64,000 nt of DNA from Thermoplasmata archaeon (GTDB lineage: Archaea > Thermoplasmatota > JASEFT01 > JBBABA01): NCBI GenBank assembly GCA_041657955.1, contig JBBABA010000001.1, positions 40,578 to 104,577 on the forward strand, given 5' to 3'. Each line of letters opens with the position of its first letter. Position 1 is the stretch's first letter. The notes beneath the pieces are model-generated. The model worked only from the letters and a program-made list of their open reading frames with translations, made no database searches and was not told the DNA's origin. Below are positions 9,111 through 18,930 of the stretch, piece by piece. The translations under genes were made by a program, and so were the position numbers.

Positions 9111-10889
9111 TCATTCCCTTTTCATAAACGAACCCTTCGGGAGGATTTTGTGGATTCTGTTTTGGATTTTCTTTTTTGCCGCATCAACAAATAGAATCAG
9201 CGAAACAATGCATAAGAGCGCAAGAATATCAAAGGCGGGTAGGAACCATCCTCCAGTTTCGCCGGCCTCTACGATAACCGTGTCCTTTGCGATGCCCCCG
9301 TTGTTATCAGTTACTCTGAAAACAGCACGATATGTACCGTTCTTTGGATAAGTATATGCTGCATTTCCCGTAGTTGTAGAATTCCAATCATATTTGCCGT
9401 CGCCGTCGAAATCCCATTGGTAGTAAACAATTCTTCCATCGGCGTCTATTCCCTCACCATAAAATTGTAAGCTTTTGCCACTCATTACCTTAATGTCCGG
9501 TCCTGCCTTGGCGGAGGGAGGTTTGTTGGTCGAATCTACGACTCCGACGATGACGGGTATTACCGCAACATTTGTGCTATATACATCCTTGTCGTCCCTG
9601 ACCCTAAGCGACGCGTTGTATCTTCCGACTGTATCGTATGCGTGGGTGGTCGCTGGATTGGCCATCCATCCGCTGTCAGTACCGTCACCAAACTCAAAAC
9701 AATATTGCCGAACGGCTCCGTCCGGGTCTCTTGAGTTGTAGCCATAGAACGTAACTATTCGCCCCTGGTTTGTCACCACGTCGTCAATAGTAATTTCTGC
9801 GATTGGCCTCTGATCTGGATACCTAAGCACCAAACCGTCGGTACCTGCTATAACCGCATAGCTCCCATTATACTCCCAAGACACACTGTGTAGGTCGGAA
9901 CCTATCTGCGTAGAAAGAGTTTCAAATTGGACAGGAAGAGACTCGTTGTATTTTATGACGAGCCCGTTGTCTCCCACTATGAGGGCGTATCCTTGGTATC
10001 CGTCCAAATCCGGGCGTTCGTCGGGCTTCCAAGCGATATTTCTCAATGTAGTAAATCTCCCAGCGCCTGCGTATTTTGTTGTGAATATTGTGCCGTCATA
10101 CTTAAGGATTGTTTCGTGTGTGCCGAGTATAAGTGCATATTCCCCGTCCGGGGACCATGTTACAGCCAATAGATCTTGGTCCGTCCTTCCTAGTAGTTCT
10201 ACACCACTCGTGAGGTTTGTGAATTCCTTATTTTTATCGTCGAATTTTATGACAGTACCCTTGTTCCCGACAATTAGTGCATAGCTGCCGTCTGGTTTCC
10301 AAGCGACGCTGGACAAATAAACGGTTTTGTCTTTTATAAACGTGAATCTCGTCTGGTTGTTGTCTGTCCTCGATGGATCAAATGCGGAGATGTGCCCCTC
10401 ATCGCCGACAAGCAGGGCGTAGCTGCCGTCGGGTTTCCATGCGGCGCCACGAATCGTGTTCGGGGTGTCGTGGGTGATAGGCACGTAAGAAACATTTGTG
10501 AGATTGCTGCCATCGTATCGGTATATGGAACCGTACTCCCCAACAATTAGCGCGAAGTCGCCCTGCGGTCGCCATGCTACTGCGTGCCAGTTAAACGCGA
10601 CGCCGAGATCGACTGGGATAAATCCGTTGTCCGTGCATTTTAGCACAGTCCTATCTCCAACAATGAGCCCGTACCTTGCCTTCGGTTTCCAATCTACTGC
10701 ATTGAGTGTTCTGTTTGTATTTGTGGGTGGCAAGGTCGCATCCAGAGGTTGAACACTGTAATGCACAACAAATGCAGGTCCATTGTCGTTTTGGGCACAA
10801 TTATTTGTAGGCAAGAAATTCAAAATCAGCAAAAGCATAACGAAGACGGCAAATATCGACGGTGTTTTTATGAACTTTTCCATTTTCAA
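9111..10889 (-). CDS. surface protein paralog: PD40-like beta-propeller repeats + PKD domains + PGF-CTERM-like (PAF) anchor
   Basis: same architecture as 7295..9049; C-terminal LPAFDILALLCIVSLILF followed by basic tail. Confidence 0.7.
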   Translation of the reverse strand: MKMEKFIKTPSIFAVFVMLLLILNFLPTNNCAQNDNGPAFVVHYSVQPLDATLPPTNTNRTLNAVDWKPKARYGLIVGDRTVLKCTDNGFIPVDLGVAFNWHAVAWRPQGDFALIVGEYGSIYRYDGSNLTNVSYVPITHDTPNTIRGAAWKPDGSYALLVGDEGHISAFDPSRTDNNQTRFTFIKDKTVYLSSVAWKPDGSYALIVGNKGTVIKFDDKNKEFTNLTSGVELLGRTDQDLLAVTWSPDGEYALILGTHETILKYDGTIFTTKYAGAGRFTTLRNIAWKPDERPDLDGYQGYALIVGDNGLVIKYNESLPVQFETLSTQIGSDLHSVSWEYNGSYAVIAGTDGLVLRYPDQRPIAEITIDDVVTNQGRIVTFYGYNSRDPDGAVRQYCFEFGDGTDSGWMANPATTHAYDTVGRYNASLRVRDDKDVYSTNVAVIPVIVGVVDSTNKPPSAKAGPDIKVMSGKSLQFYGEGIDADGRIVYYQWDFDGDGKYDWNSTTTGNAAYTYPKNGTYRAVFRVTDNNGGIAKDTVIVEAGETGGWFLPAFDILALLCIVSLILFVDAAKKKIQNRIHKILPKGSFMKRE

Positions 10890-11023
10890 TCACTACTCAT
10901 CATGGATATCGAGGGGTTATCGTGATGTCCGTTCCAAAACTTGCAACAGTATTTCAATCACTATGCAGTTTTGATAGAGGGGGGAGATAAATAGACAGAG
11001 GTGTTTAAAAATATATCACTATA

Positions 11024-11857
11024 TCACTGCACGACTAACGCGCCGTAGCCAACAACATCATACATGGGTGCCACATCACCAGAGGTGGCATATTTTAACA
11101 ATGCCGCCTTCTCACCACCCACTGCGACGAGCATTGCCATCACCGGCCCATACCCACACATAGATATATCGTGCTGATGAACCACCGATTCGAGTTTTGC
11201 TGCGTCCCTTGATATAATCGCGTCTATTGCCAACTTGTCTTTCTTATACGCCTCATCATTAGGCACGTAATGTGAAAAATCTGTGCTGGCTATAACTACG
11301 GCGTCCTTGCCCTTTATGACATTTGAAATTATTTTACCTAATTCTACAGCAGTTTCATAACTTTGATCCATCATACAGATTGGTACAAACTTGATGTCTT
11401 GTTTTATATACTGGAGAAATGGAAGTTGAACTTCGATAGAGTGCTCGTGCACGTGTGCTCTTTGGTCCTCTTTAATGATGCCTTTTGTCAGTTTCTCTGC
11501 AAGGCCAGTATCTACTGTTACTTCACCCAACGGTGTTTGAAAAGTCTCTGTTGTGACGCTTACGCTACTTCCATATCCAGTATGGTTTGGGCCTATGATG
11601 ATAAATACTTCTGGGAAACCGTCCTCTGCAAGTGCATGATATAAATGAGATGCTACTGGACCAGAATAGATATACCCCGCATGCGGCGCAACTCCTCCTT
11701 TGATGCTTCTCTTCCCTTTTTTTAGGGCAGGAAGCGTTCCTGCTCCAAGTCTGTGCCGAAAACAATTTTCTATTTCATACCTCAGTGTCTTTGGGTCGCT
11801 CGGGTAAAATGTGCCTGCAACAACAGGCTTCCGTATACTCGCCGTACTTTCCTTCAT
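11024..11857 (-). CDS. MEMO1-family protein (AmmeMemoRadiSam system protein B)
   Basis: N-terminal VAGTFYP motif and His/Asp pattern of the Memo family; start overlaps the rps2 stop by 1 nt. Confidence 0.8.
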   Translation of the reverse strand: MKESTASIRKPVVAGTFYPSDPKTLRYEIENCFRHRLGAGTLPALKKGKRSIKGGVAPHAGYIYSGPVASHLYHALAEDGFPEVFIIIGPNHTGYGSSVSVTTETFQTPLGEVTVDTGLAEKLTKGIIKEDQRAHVHEHSIEVQLPFLQYIKQDIKFVPICMMDQSYETAVELGKIISNVIKGKDAVVIASTDFSHYVPNDEAYKKDKLAIDAIISRDAAKLESVVHQHDISMCGYGPVMAMLVAVGGEKAALLKYATSGDVAPMYDVVGYGALVVQ

Positions 11858-12480
11858 CAGAGTGTTGCCTCAAAATCTTCTATGGTCAGCGTGTATTCGC
11901 TATTTTCTTTTATTGAACCCTTTACTTTTAATGTCTCTCTCGCCAAAAGCCAATAAATAACAGCCAATGCACGCCTCCCCTTGTTGTTTGTAGGGATAAC
12001 GAGGTCGACGTTTCTTGTTTCGTTGTTGACGTCGCACAAGCCGAGAATAGGTATGCCGATGTCTATCGCTTCCTTCTGCGGCTGCGCGTCAGCGGCAGGG
12101 TCTGTCACCATAATCACTTCCGGCTCACAAAAATCCTCAAGATGCGGATTGGTTAGCGTCCCTGGCACAAATCGCCCAGCGAACGATTTTGCACCTATCG
12201 TCTTACTAAACACCCGGGCAGGTTTCTGCCCATACTGGCGGGCGGATGTGATGATTATCGTCTCTGGTGAAAACTTCGATAAAAATTTAGCAGCTATGCG
12301 GATTCTTTCATCTGTCTGGTTTATGTCCAATACATACAATCCGTCGCTTCTTACCTTATAAATAAATTGTTTCATGTCCGCGCACTTTTGCTGTGTTCCG
12401 ATGTGTACGCCTGACGTGAGATAAACATCCTCAGGAATAAGAAGCTCCCCCTGATTTTTAATTTGAACGTCCGATAACAT
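11857..12480 (-). CDS. rps2: 30S ribosomal protein S2
   Basis: 207-aa ORF with archaeal S2 signature ([10 protein letters not shown]...). Confidence 0.9.
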   Translation of the reverse strand: MLSDVQIKNQGELLIPEDVYLTSGVHIGTQQKCADMKQFIYKVRSDGLYVLDINQTDERIRIAAKFLSKFSPETIIITSARQYGQKPARVFSKTIGAKSFAGRFVPGTLTNPHLEDFCEPEVIMVTDPAADAQPQKEAIDIGIPILGLCDVNNETRNVDLVIPTNNKGRRALAVIYWLLARETLKVKGSIKENSEYTLTIEDFEATL

Positions 12481-12547
12481 TTTATGACCTTCCCGATTAT
12501 TTTCATATCTTTCGGATAATCGTGTCTCTGACTATCATCATATACTC

Positions 12548-12730
12548 TTACCCCTTAGATATGTTTTTCTTCGGTGCGATCGGTATCACGTTTGCGTCAT
12601 ACTCTAAAATCGCAATCCGGAGAGGATCTATTAACTCCTTGGGTTTTTCTACTAATACCGGAGCACCGAGTGATATTTGCAGTGCCCTTGCGCCGACAAC
12701 TCTAGCTTTTTCAAAACGTGTGTATCTCAA
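12548..12730 (-). CDS. rpoK: DNA-directed RNA polymerase subunit K (Rpo6)
   Basis: [22 protein letters not shown] motif; adjacent to rps2 as in the conserved archaeal cluster. Confidence 0.8.
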   Translation of the reverse strand: MRYTRFEKARVVGARALQISLGAPVLVEKPKELIDPLRIAILEYDANVIPIAPKKNISKG

Positions 12731-12993
12731 GAAACGCCCCCGTTATATGTGGGAAATCCCATATACAATTCTTGTCTATAAAGGTTGTGTTTATATACTT
12801 TGCTGAATAACTTAGGCGCGTTGGCTGTATTTTGACGTGTATCCCACGATTTGCCATCAAATAATCGCAATTTCATCGCCTGGAAGATTGAAGATATAAA
12901 ATATCACAATCAGAGCAACCCATTGGCAGCGAGATATCAACGCAAGAATACAAGATATCGACAAATGGTTGCTCTTTTTATATATAACCTGAG

Positions 12994-14775
12994 TTAATGT
13001 CTTTTAGAGAATGAATCCTGTAATTTCTTCTTTAATTCTTTAATGCGCACCCTTTCCTGTTTTGTTGTGTCCCGGTCCCTAATCGTTACGCTTTCGTTTT
13101 CCAGTGTCTCATAATCTATCGTAACACAATACGGTGTTCCGATCTCGTCCATCCTTGCATAGCGCCTTCCGATCGATCCTGAATCGTCGTAATAAGTAAC
13201 GAGCCCGTGCTCTCTTAATTCCTTGTTTATTTCTTCTGCTTTTTCGTCAATTTTGTCCTTTGAAACGAGCGGAAAAACGCCTACCTGGATCGGCGCTATG
13301 TGCGGCGGGAGATTGAGCGTGACATATTTCTCGTTTTCCTTTGTTTGTTCATTATAAGAATGCTCGAGTATTGTGTAAAATATCCTGTCAATTCCATAGG
13401 ATGGTTCTATCACGTGCGGCACGATTTTGTTTTGTTCTTTTTTCTTAACAACTTCGTAACAGTCACTATTCACAACAATGTTCCTGCCGTCCTTGTGTTT
13501 ACCCAGCCGCACATCATTATCCAGTATGTTGAAGGTGATTTCGCCTTTTTCCTTTGCTGCCTTTACGACATCTTCCGTGGACCCGAACTTTTCTAACCCG
13601 CCCTTTACGAAGTTTGCGTCCCTTTTGTATCTTGGGCCGATTGTTCCCGCTTTTGGAACGACGGTTTCTCTTTCAACTTCAGTGCTGCCATCAGATACCC
13701 TGAGATCCGCCTTAGATTGGTCCATATGCGACTGTAAATCATAGCAAGTCCTGTCCGCGATCCCGACAATCTCTATCCAGCCAAACCCCATAAGCGCTTC
13801 CGCGTCCCAGCAATCTGCGGCATAATGCGCCATCTCTGTGGCGAGGTGTTGTCTGAATCTCAGTTTTTCAGGAGAGACTCCGCATTCTGTTAAGAATCGA
13901 TTGGTTATTGCGACGTGATAGGCGAGCATTTCATTTGCAATAATGTTCTTTGCGGCCGCATCTCCAATAGTTGTTTTCAATGTTTCCCCATTCCTTGGAA
14001 CGAGTGTGATCTTGTCATGTTTTACTTTCTCGAAGTTGGGTGCATTTTTCTTCTTCGGGTTTACAAAAATCTCCGCTTCCGCCATTGTAAATTCCCTAAG
14101 CCGTATTACTCCCTGGCGGGGGGCGATTTCGTTGCGGAATCCCTTGCCTATCTGCACGACGCCGAAAGGAAGTTTTTCCCTGAAAAACCTGTAAAGAAGA
14201 CCGAAATTTACGAACATTCCCTGAGCGGTTTCGGGCCTTAAGTAACCAACTCGTTTAGAGCCGGGGCCGATGTTCGTCTTGAACATGAGATTGAATGGAT
14301 GGGGTGTTCCGAGTTCTGCCCCGCATGTTGAACATTTAACGCCGCATTCGTTGAAAATTTTTGTAATGTCCTCGGTTGTTGCCTCGCAGTTTATCACACG
14401 ATCGAGGCTTGCAAGTTTATTATGATCTGCATCTTTTTTAGTAGAATGTTTGTCTTTAAAAAATTTCGCGAGGTGGTCTGTGCGGTAATATTCGGAACAT
14501 TTTATGCACTCCACCATTGTATCTAAGAATTTCGTAAGGTGTCCTGACGCCTTAAACACCTCTTCAGGTGCGACAAGCGGGCTTTCGATTTCAACAAATC
14601 CTTCTTGCGAGATGTAATACTTCCTCCATAATTTTTCTATGTTTCTTTTCATGCTTGCGCCGAGAGGGCCGTAATCATATAGACCTGCAACGCCGCCGTA
14701 AATTTCATATGCTGGCCAGAGGAAACCGCGCCTCTTGGCCAAGGCCATGACTTTTGTGGATAATCCTTCATCCAT
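12994..14775 (-). CDS. glyS: glycine--tRNA ligase (archaeal/eukaryotic type)
   Basis: 593-aa ORF; FLWPAYEIYGGVAGLYDYGPLG N-terminal signature and class II synthetase core. Confidence 0.9.
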   Translation of the reverse strand: MDEGLSTKVMALAKRRGFLWPAYEIYGGVAGLYDYGPLGASMKRNIEKLWRKYYISQEGFVEIESPLVAPEEVFKASGHLTKFLDTMVECIKCSEYYRTDHLAKFFKDKHSTKKDADHNKLASLDRVINCEATTEDITKIFNECGVKCSTCGAELGTPHPFNLMFKTNIGPGSKRVGYLRPETAQGMFVNFGLLYRFFREKLPFGVVQIGKGFRNEIAPRQGVIRLREFTMAEAEIFVNPKKKNAPNFEKVKHDKITLVPRNGETLKTTIGDAAAKNIIANEMLAYHVAITNRFLTECGVSPEKLRFRQHLATEMAHYAADCWDAEALMGFGWIEIVGIADRTCYDLQSHMDQSKADLRVSDGSTEVERETVVPKAGTIGPRYKRDANFVKGGLEKFGSTEDVVKAAKEKGEITFNILDNDVRLGKHKDGRNIVVNSDCYEVVKKKEQNKIVPHVIEPSYGIDRIFYTILEHSYNEQTKENEKYVTLNLPPHIAPIQVGVFPLVSKDKIDEKAEEINKELREHGLVTYYDDSGSIGRRYARMDEIGTPYCVTIDYETLENESVTIRDRDTTKQERVRIKELKKKLQDSFSKRH

Positions 14776-14938
14776 GTATTATTTCACCGTCTTTTTTCAC
14801 CGTCTTTTTGAATTTATAAATTTAATAAATTATGTTTTTAACAGTTATATTTATATTAATATTCGTATTAAGAGTTATAGTAACATGCATATTAGAATTT
14901 ATATTTACTATCCCCGAGAGTCGTTCTATTATATTCCA

Positions 14939-15745
14939 TTAGTGTTTCTTTTTTAACTCGTTGAGTGCGTCCTCTACTGAAGCGTCGTTTAGAACAATTT
15001 TCGATATTGCACGAGTAACGGCAACGACGTCCTTGTGCTGGAATACGTTTCTTCCGATAGATACGCCGGAAGCGCCGGCATCCATCGCGCCCCTCACCAT
15101 GACAAATAACGCTTTGTCGGAGTCTATTTTCGGCCCGCCTGCAATCAACACTGGCACTGGGCACGATCTGACTACCTCTTTAAACGATTCTTCACTTCCA
15201 GTGTAGTTTGTTTTTACAATGTCCGCTCCAAGTTCTGCTGCAGCCCTTGCGGCGTGTTTTACGTTTTCAACATTATATTCATCCTTGACCTTCGGGCCGC
15301 GCGGATAAGCCATAGCCAGAAGAGGCATTCCCCAATTGTTGCACGCTTCAGAAACAGCGCCGAGATCGAACAGCATCTCGCTCTCGGTCTCCGCACCGAC
15401 ATTTATATGAACAGAAACACCGTCGCCGCCCAATTTTATCACTTCCTCCACAGTGGAAACTAGCACTTTTTTATGCGTGGTGTTGCCTAATGCGGTGCTT
15501 GCGGAAATGTGGACGACCAGGCCGATATTTCTCCCGCCGCCCCCGTATCCTGGCGCGACCAAACCCTTATGAAGAACAACGGCTGTGGCGCCGCCTTCAG
15601 CCACCAGGTCGATCGTCTGCTTCGTGTTAACGATTCCTGCGATTGGGCCGACAGTAACGCCGTGGTCTATCGGAATCAATACGAATTTCTTTGTATTTTT
15701 ATCTGCTATTCGCGTTAATCTGACTTGCTTTCCTATGCTTAACAT
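14939..15745 (-). CDS. class I fructose-bisphosphate aldolase / ADH synthase family (DhnA-type)
   Basis: TIM-barrel DhnA-like motifs; start set at internal Met64 (MLSIGKQV) because the upstream 63 codons are Cys/Arg-rich non-protein-like. Confidence 0.7.
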   Translation of the reverse strand: MLSIGKQVRLTRIADKNTKKFVLIPIDHGVTVGPIAGIVNTKQTIDLVAEGGATAVVLHKGLVAPGYGGGGRNIGLVVHISASTALGNTTHKKVLVSTVEEVIKLGGDGVSVHINVGAETESEMLFDLGAVSEACNNWGMPLLAMAYPRGPKVKDEYNVENVKHAARAAAELGADIVKTNYTGSEESFKEVVRSCPVPVLIAGGPKIDSDKALFVMVRGAMDAGASGVSIGRNVFQHKDVVAVTRAISKIVLNDASVEDALNELKKKH

Positions 15746-16056
15746 ATGAATCTTCCCGAATGAATCTTCGCGAATTGTTGCCGTCGAGATAAACAGTATG
15801 TGTTGCGTCAATGTGTGTGGCGCACAATCGCTGTTAACTCGACGTCTTCTCAATACACAACATATTTTACATATTTTAAGGTTTGTCGGGGTTTTTGTAG
15901 GGTGTGAAGTCGGTGATAACGTGCCGTGCATCACACTTACAACAGGATTAGATTTATTGTTATGATGTTCATTATTTATACATTACATACGATATTTACA
16001 TAGAATATGATTTTATTGAAGCAAAAAATAAATATTGTGACGTTGTTGTGGAGTTG

Positions 16057-16185
16057 CCCGGCTTAGCTCAGACTGGTGGAGCGGGGGACTGTAGTTGGTT
16101 CTCGGAAGCCACAGATCGCATGGTCGAAGGCTTCCGATTCCCCGTTGACATCCTCAGGTCGTTGGTTCAAATCCGACAGCCGGGA
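16057..16185 (+). tRNA. tRNA-Tyr (anticodon GTA) with ~55-nt intron after position 37
   Basis: C1-G72 and A73 (archaeal Tyr identity); anticodon loop CTGTAG|intron; intron has internal helix CGGAAGCC/GGCTTCCG; exon 2 A-TCCTC-AGGTC-GTTGGTTCAAATCCGAC-AGCCGGG-A. Confidence 0.7.
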
Positions 16186-16670
16186 CCACATTATTATGAG
16201 TCTGTCGCGTTTATGATGCGATCGGGTAACTGGAATCTTAAAAGAATTGTTTTGAGGCGTTTTTGCAATATAAGCATATGATTACGAAAATCGCACGTAT
16301 TGCTTCAAATTAATGTATATATTAATAATTTATATCTTAAGTATAGTTTACTAATATATCGTAATTTAATGCTGGTTTTTATAAATAAAAATAAATAATT
16401 TCCTACCCTGGCACCCCTTGGTTTCGTGTGGAAGTGTATTTGTTTGTAGTATAGTAGGGCAACATTCATGAAATATGTGCTTTGGTATAGAAAGAGATAG
16501 TGATGATGTGTGTAGAGGGTGTGTGTTAAAAATCGAAACTGTTTTAAATTTTAATGATAGTTTTTGACATAAGTAACATCATCGATCGTTTTTCCCCAAA
16601 TTGAGATAATACAGATCACACAATCTAAATATACATATGTTGTTCTTGCGTTATAGTAAAGTGTGATTGA

Positions 16671-17870
16671 ATGGATGCTGTCTCTGCAGGTATGGTTGCA
16701 GCCATTGGCGGTGTGGCTGGAAAATTAGTTGAGAGAACGTGGACATCTGGTGAAAAATGGTTGAAATCTTTTTTTAAAGATCATCAGCCAGCAGCACAGC
16801 AAAAGGCACAGCAGAACGCATTAGATTTCTTAAACGAACTCGCCAATCGAGTACATGAAATTGAAAGCACGATAAAAGACAACTCTAGATATAAAAAATT
16901 TGTTGACGATGCATTATCCGATCCTGATTTCTCTGCATTATTAAAAGATGCTATGATTCATTCTAGCCGTACAGATTCAAACGAAAAACATAAATTACTT
17001 GCCCAACTTGTTTCGGAAAGATTGCACACATCACAAGGGTCGATGGTTGCAGCAGCGTGTAATTTAGCGTGTTCCACAATCCCTTATCTTACATCAGATC
17101 AACTTCGTTGTTTGGGTGTTATGTGTATATTGTATGAAGTTCGACCGCACCCTCGTCACCATATACATATAAAAACAAACCGTTTAGAGAAATCAACACA
17201 AACAACACAAGAAGAACAAGACATTGAATATTGGACGAACTGGCTCTCGAAAACATTGGGTCCAATGCTTCCTATCAAAAAAATGGGAAGAATTGATTAC
17301 GCTCACCTAGAATCGTTCTCATGCATCCGCCGTACAGTCTCTACTGGAAACAATACACAAACAATAGACGAATTTATAGAATCGACGATTCCGTCATTGC
17401 GTCTGGAGACGACACTGAAAGTATTCGGTGGTGTTGATAAAGCTACAAAAGAAAATCGCATCTTTAGAAAATATTTACACGAGAAACTTCCACAATATCA
17501 CAACTTATCTGAGATATGGAAAAGTGGTATACGCTTTGCGAGACTCTCAACAACCGGTATGATGATTGGTGCAAGCGTGATTGAAATGCTCGCTAACACC
17601 AAAGTCTATATTAAATGGGACGACGACGAACATGGTACGACTGAACAAAATGAACCGATCATTAACAACCAAAGATCTGAAATAGCGACCGACGTGTTGA
17701 TCAAAAAGCCTGTACTAGAACTAAAAGAATATCAAAACGCAGGTCGGGTAACCTCACAATACATGCACGATGGGGGGTTCGCCACAGGTAAACTATTAAA
17801 AACAACTCGAAAGAAACAAAGAAGCCACCAATATAAAAATAAAATCTCCACCCGAAACCAAGGGGTCTAG
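16671..17870 (+). CDS. orphan protein, function unknown (candidate accessory/defence-type protein)
   Basis: 399-aa ORF; no motif of a known enzyme family; AT-rich flanks; next to tRNA-Tyr; bracketed by an 18/19 inverted repeat. Confidence 0.55.
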   Translation: MDAVSAGMVAAIGGVAGKLVERTWTSGEKWLKSFFKDHQPAAQQKAQQNALDFLNELANRVHEIESTIKDNSRYKKFVDDALSDPDFSALLKDAMIHSSRTDSNEKHKLLAQLVSERLHTSQGSMVAAACNLACSTIPYLTSDQLRCLGVMCILYEVRPHPRHHIHIKTNRLEKSTQTTQEEQDIEYWTNWLSKTLGPMLPIKKMGRIDYAHLESFSCIRRTVSTGNNTQTIDEFIESTIPSLRLETTLKVFGGVDKATKENRIFRKYLHEKLPQYHNLSEIWKSGIRFARLSTTGMMIGASVIEMLANTKVYIKWDDDEHGTTEQNEPIINNQRSEIATDVLIKKPVLELKEYQNAGRVTSQYMHDGGFATGKLLKTTRKKQRSHQYKNKISTRNQGV

Positions 17871-17896
17871 GGGTAACACCCCCAACCCAGACGCAA

Positions 17897-18550
17897 TTAC
17901 TTCTTTACCCACATCCCACCAGTCTCTTTAACTACCTTCTTCTCTTTAAGAACTTCCAGCACTGGTTCGAGGATATTCTCGTTCACATCTATCTGGAACT
18001 GCCTAAAAAGGGCGTTTCTTATCTTTTTGGTAGATTTAGGGGCATCCAGCGTCTTTGGAATGAGAGATTGGAGATCTTCGTTGATATTCCATGGAAATAT
18101 AAACCAAGCCCAGTCCTTCTCGGGAACGATCTCGCCATAGAAGTCAGGGATTATCTTTGAATGTGTGATGTGCAGCAATGTGGCAGATTTCGCGCTCTTT
18201 GGCTTGAGACCTTTCACATGGTTGATCGCGAGCATTAAGCTCTGACCAGTATCTGTGATATCGTCCACGACAAGCACGTTCTTGCCTTTGATGTTCGCGG
18301 TCAGCGGTTGGGCGATCTTTGCTGTGCCGTCCGGCGTGGCAGTCACGCCCCAATGCTCGGTTTTGACGCTGTACAAATTCTTTATAACTAGGTGATCGCA
18401 AACAAGTCTTGCAGGTGCCCAGCCGCCTCTCGTAATTCCGATTACCGCATCTAAATTGAGTTTCGCGATCTTGATTTTTTTTACCAAATTGCTCGTCCAC
18501 TCATGGACTTCATCCCAAGAAACAAGCGTACATTTGAAGGATTCGATCAT
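17897..18550 (-). CDS. phosphoribosyltransferase (type I PRT, purine PRT-like)
   Basis: PRPP-binding motif VLVVDDITDTGQS. Confidence 0.75.
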   Translation of the reverse strand: MIESFKCTLVSWDEVHEWTSNLVKKIKIAKLNLDAVIGITRGGWAPARLVCDHLVIKNLYSVKTEHWGVTATPDGTAKIAQPLTANIKGKNVLVVDDITDTGQSLMLAINHVKGLKPKSAKSATLLHITHSKIIPDFYGEIVPEKDWAWFIFPWNINEDLQSLIPKTLDAPKSTKKIRNALFRQFQIDVNENILEPVLEVLKEKKVVKETGGMWVKK

Positions 18551-18930
18551 TTTTCTACACTCCTATTTTATTTTATCCCTTGTTCTGTTCTTTTATCCTT
18601 TGTTGTATTGATGCAGATAACTCGCCACCCAATAAATTTTTTGTTTTACGCAAAACGACACAAAATCAACGCGATCTGCTACCTATAATAATAAATCATA
18701 ACACAATTCCGCATCTGTTTGCCTCAGGGAATTTCTGTGCAAATTCAAACGCCAGTAATAAAATTACAACAGAACAGTTTTTATAAAATTCACATATTTT
18801 AACCAATGGAATTTAACTCCCGAAACTATAAAAAGTCAATATATATTCTGTTTATCAATAAAACGATACTGTACTCGATAAACAACATTATGCGACACCT
18901 GAAAAAAAACCAGGAGCGAAGAACACCAAT

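Noticed and set aside
12522-12806. 94-aa ORF on the + strand
   Set aside because: Antisense to the well-supported rpoK gene.
15746-15934. 63-codon N-terminal extension of the aldolase-family ORF
   Set aside because: The Cys/Arg/Thr-rich composition is not domain-like; the conserved fold starts at Met64.
16048-16281. 77-aa ORF on the + strand
   Set aside because: It overlaps the intron-containing tRNA-Tyr.
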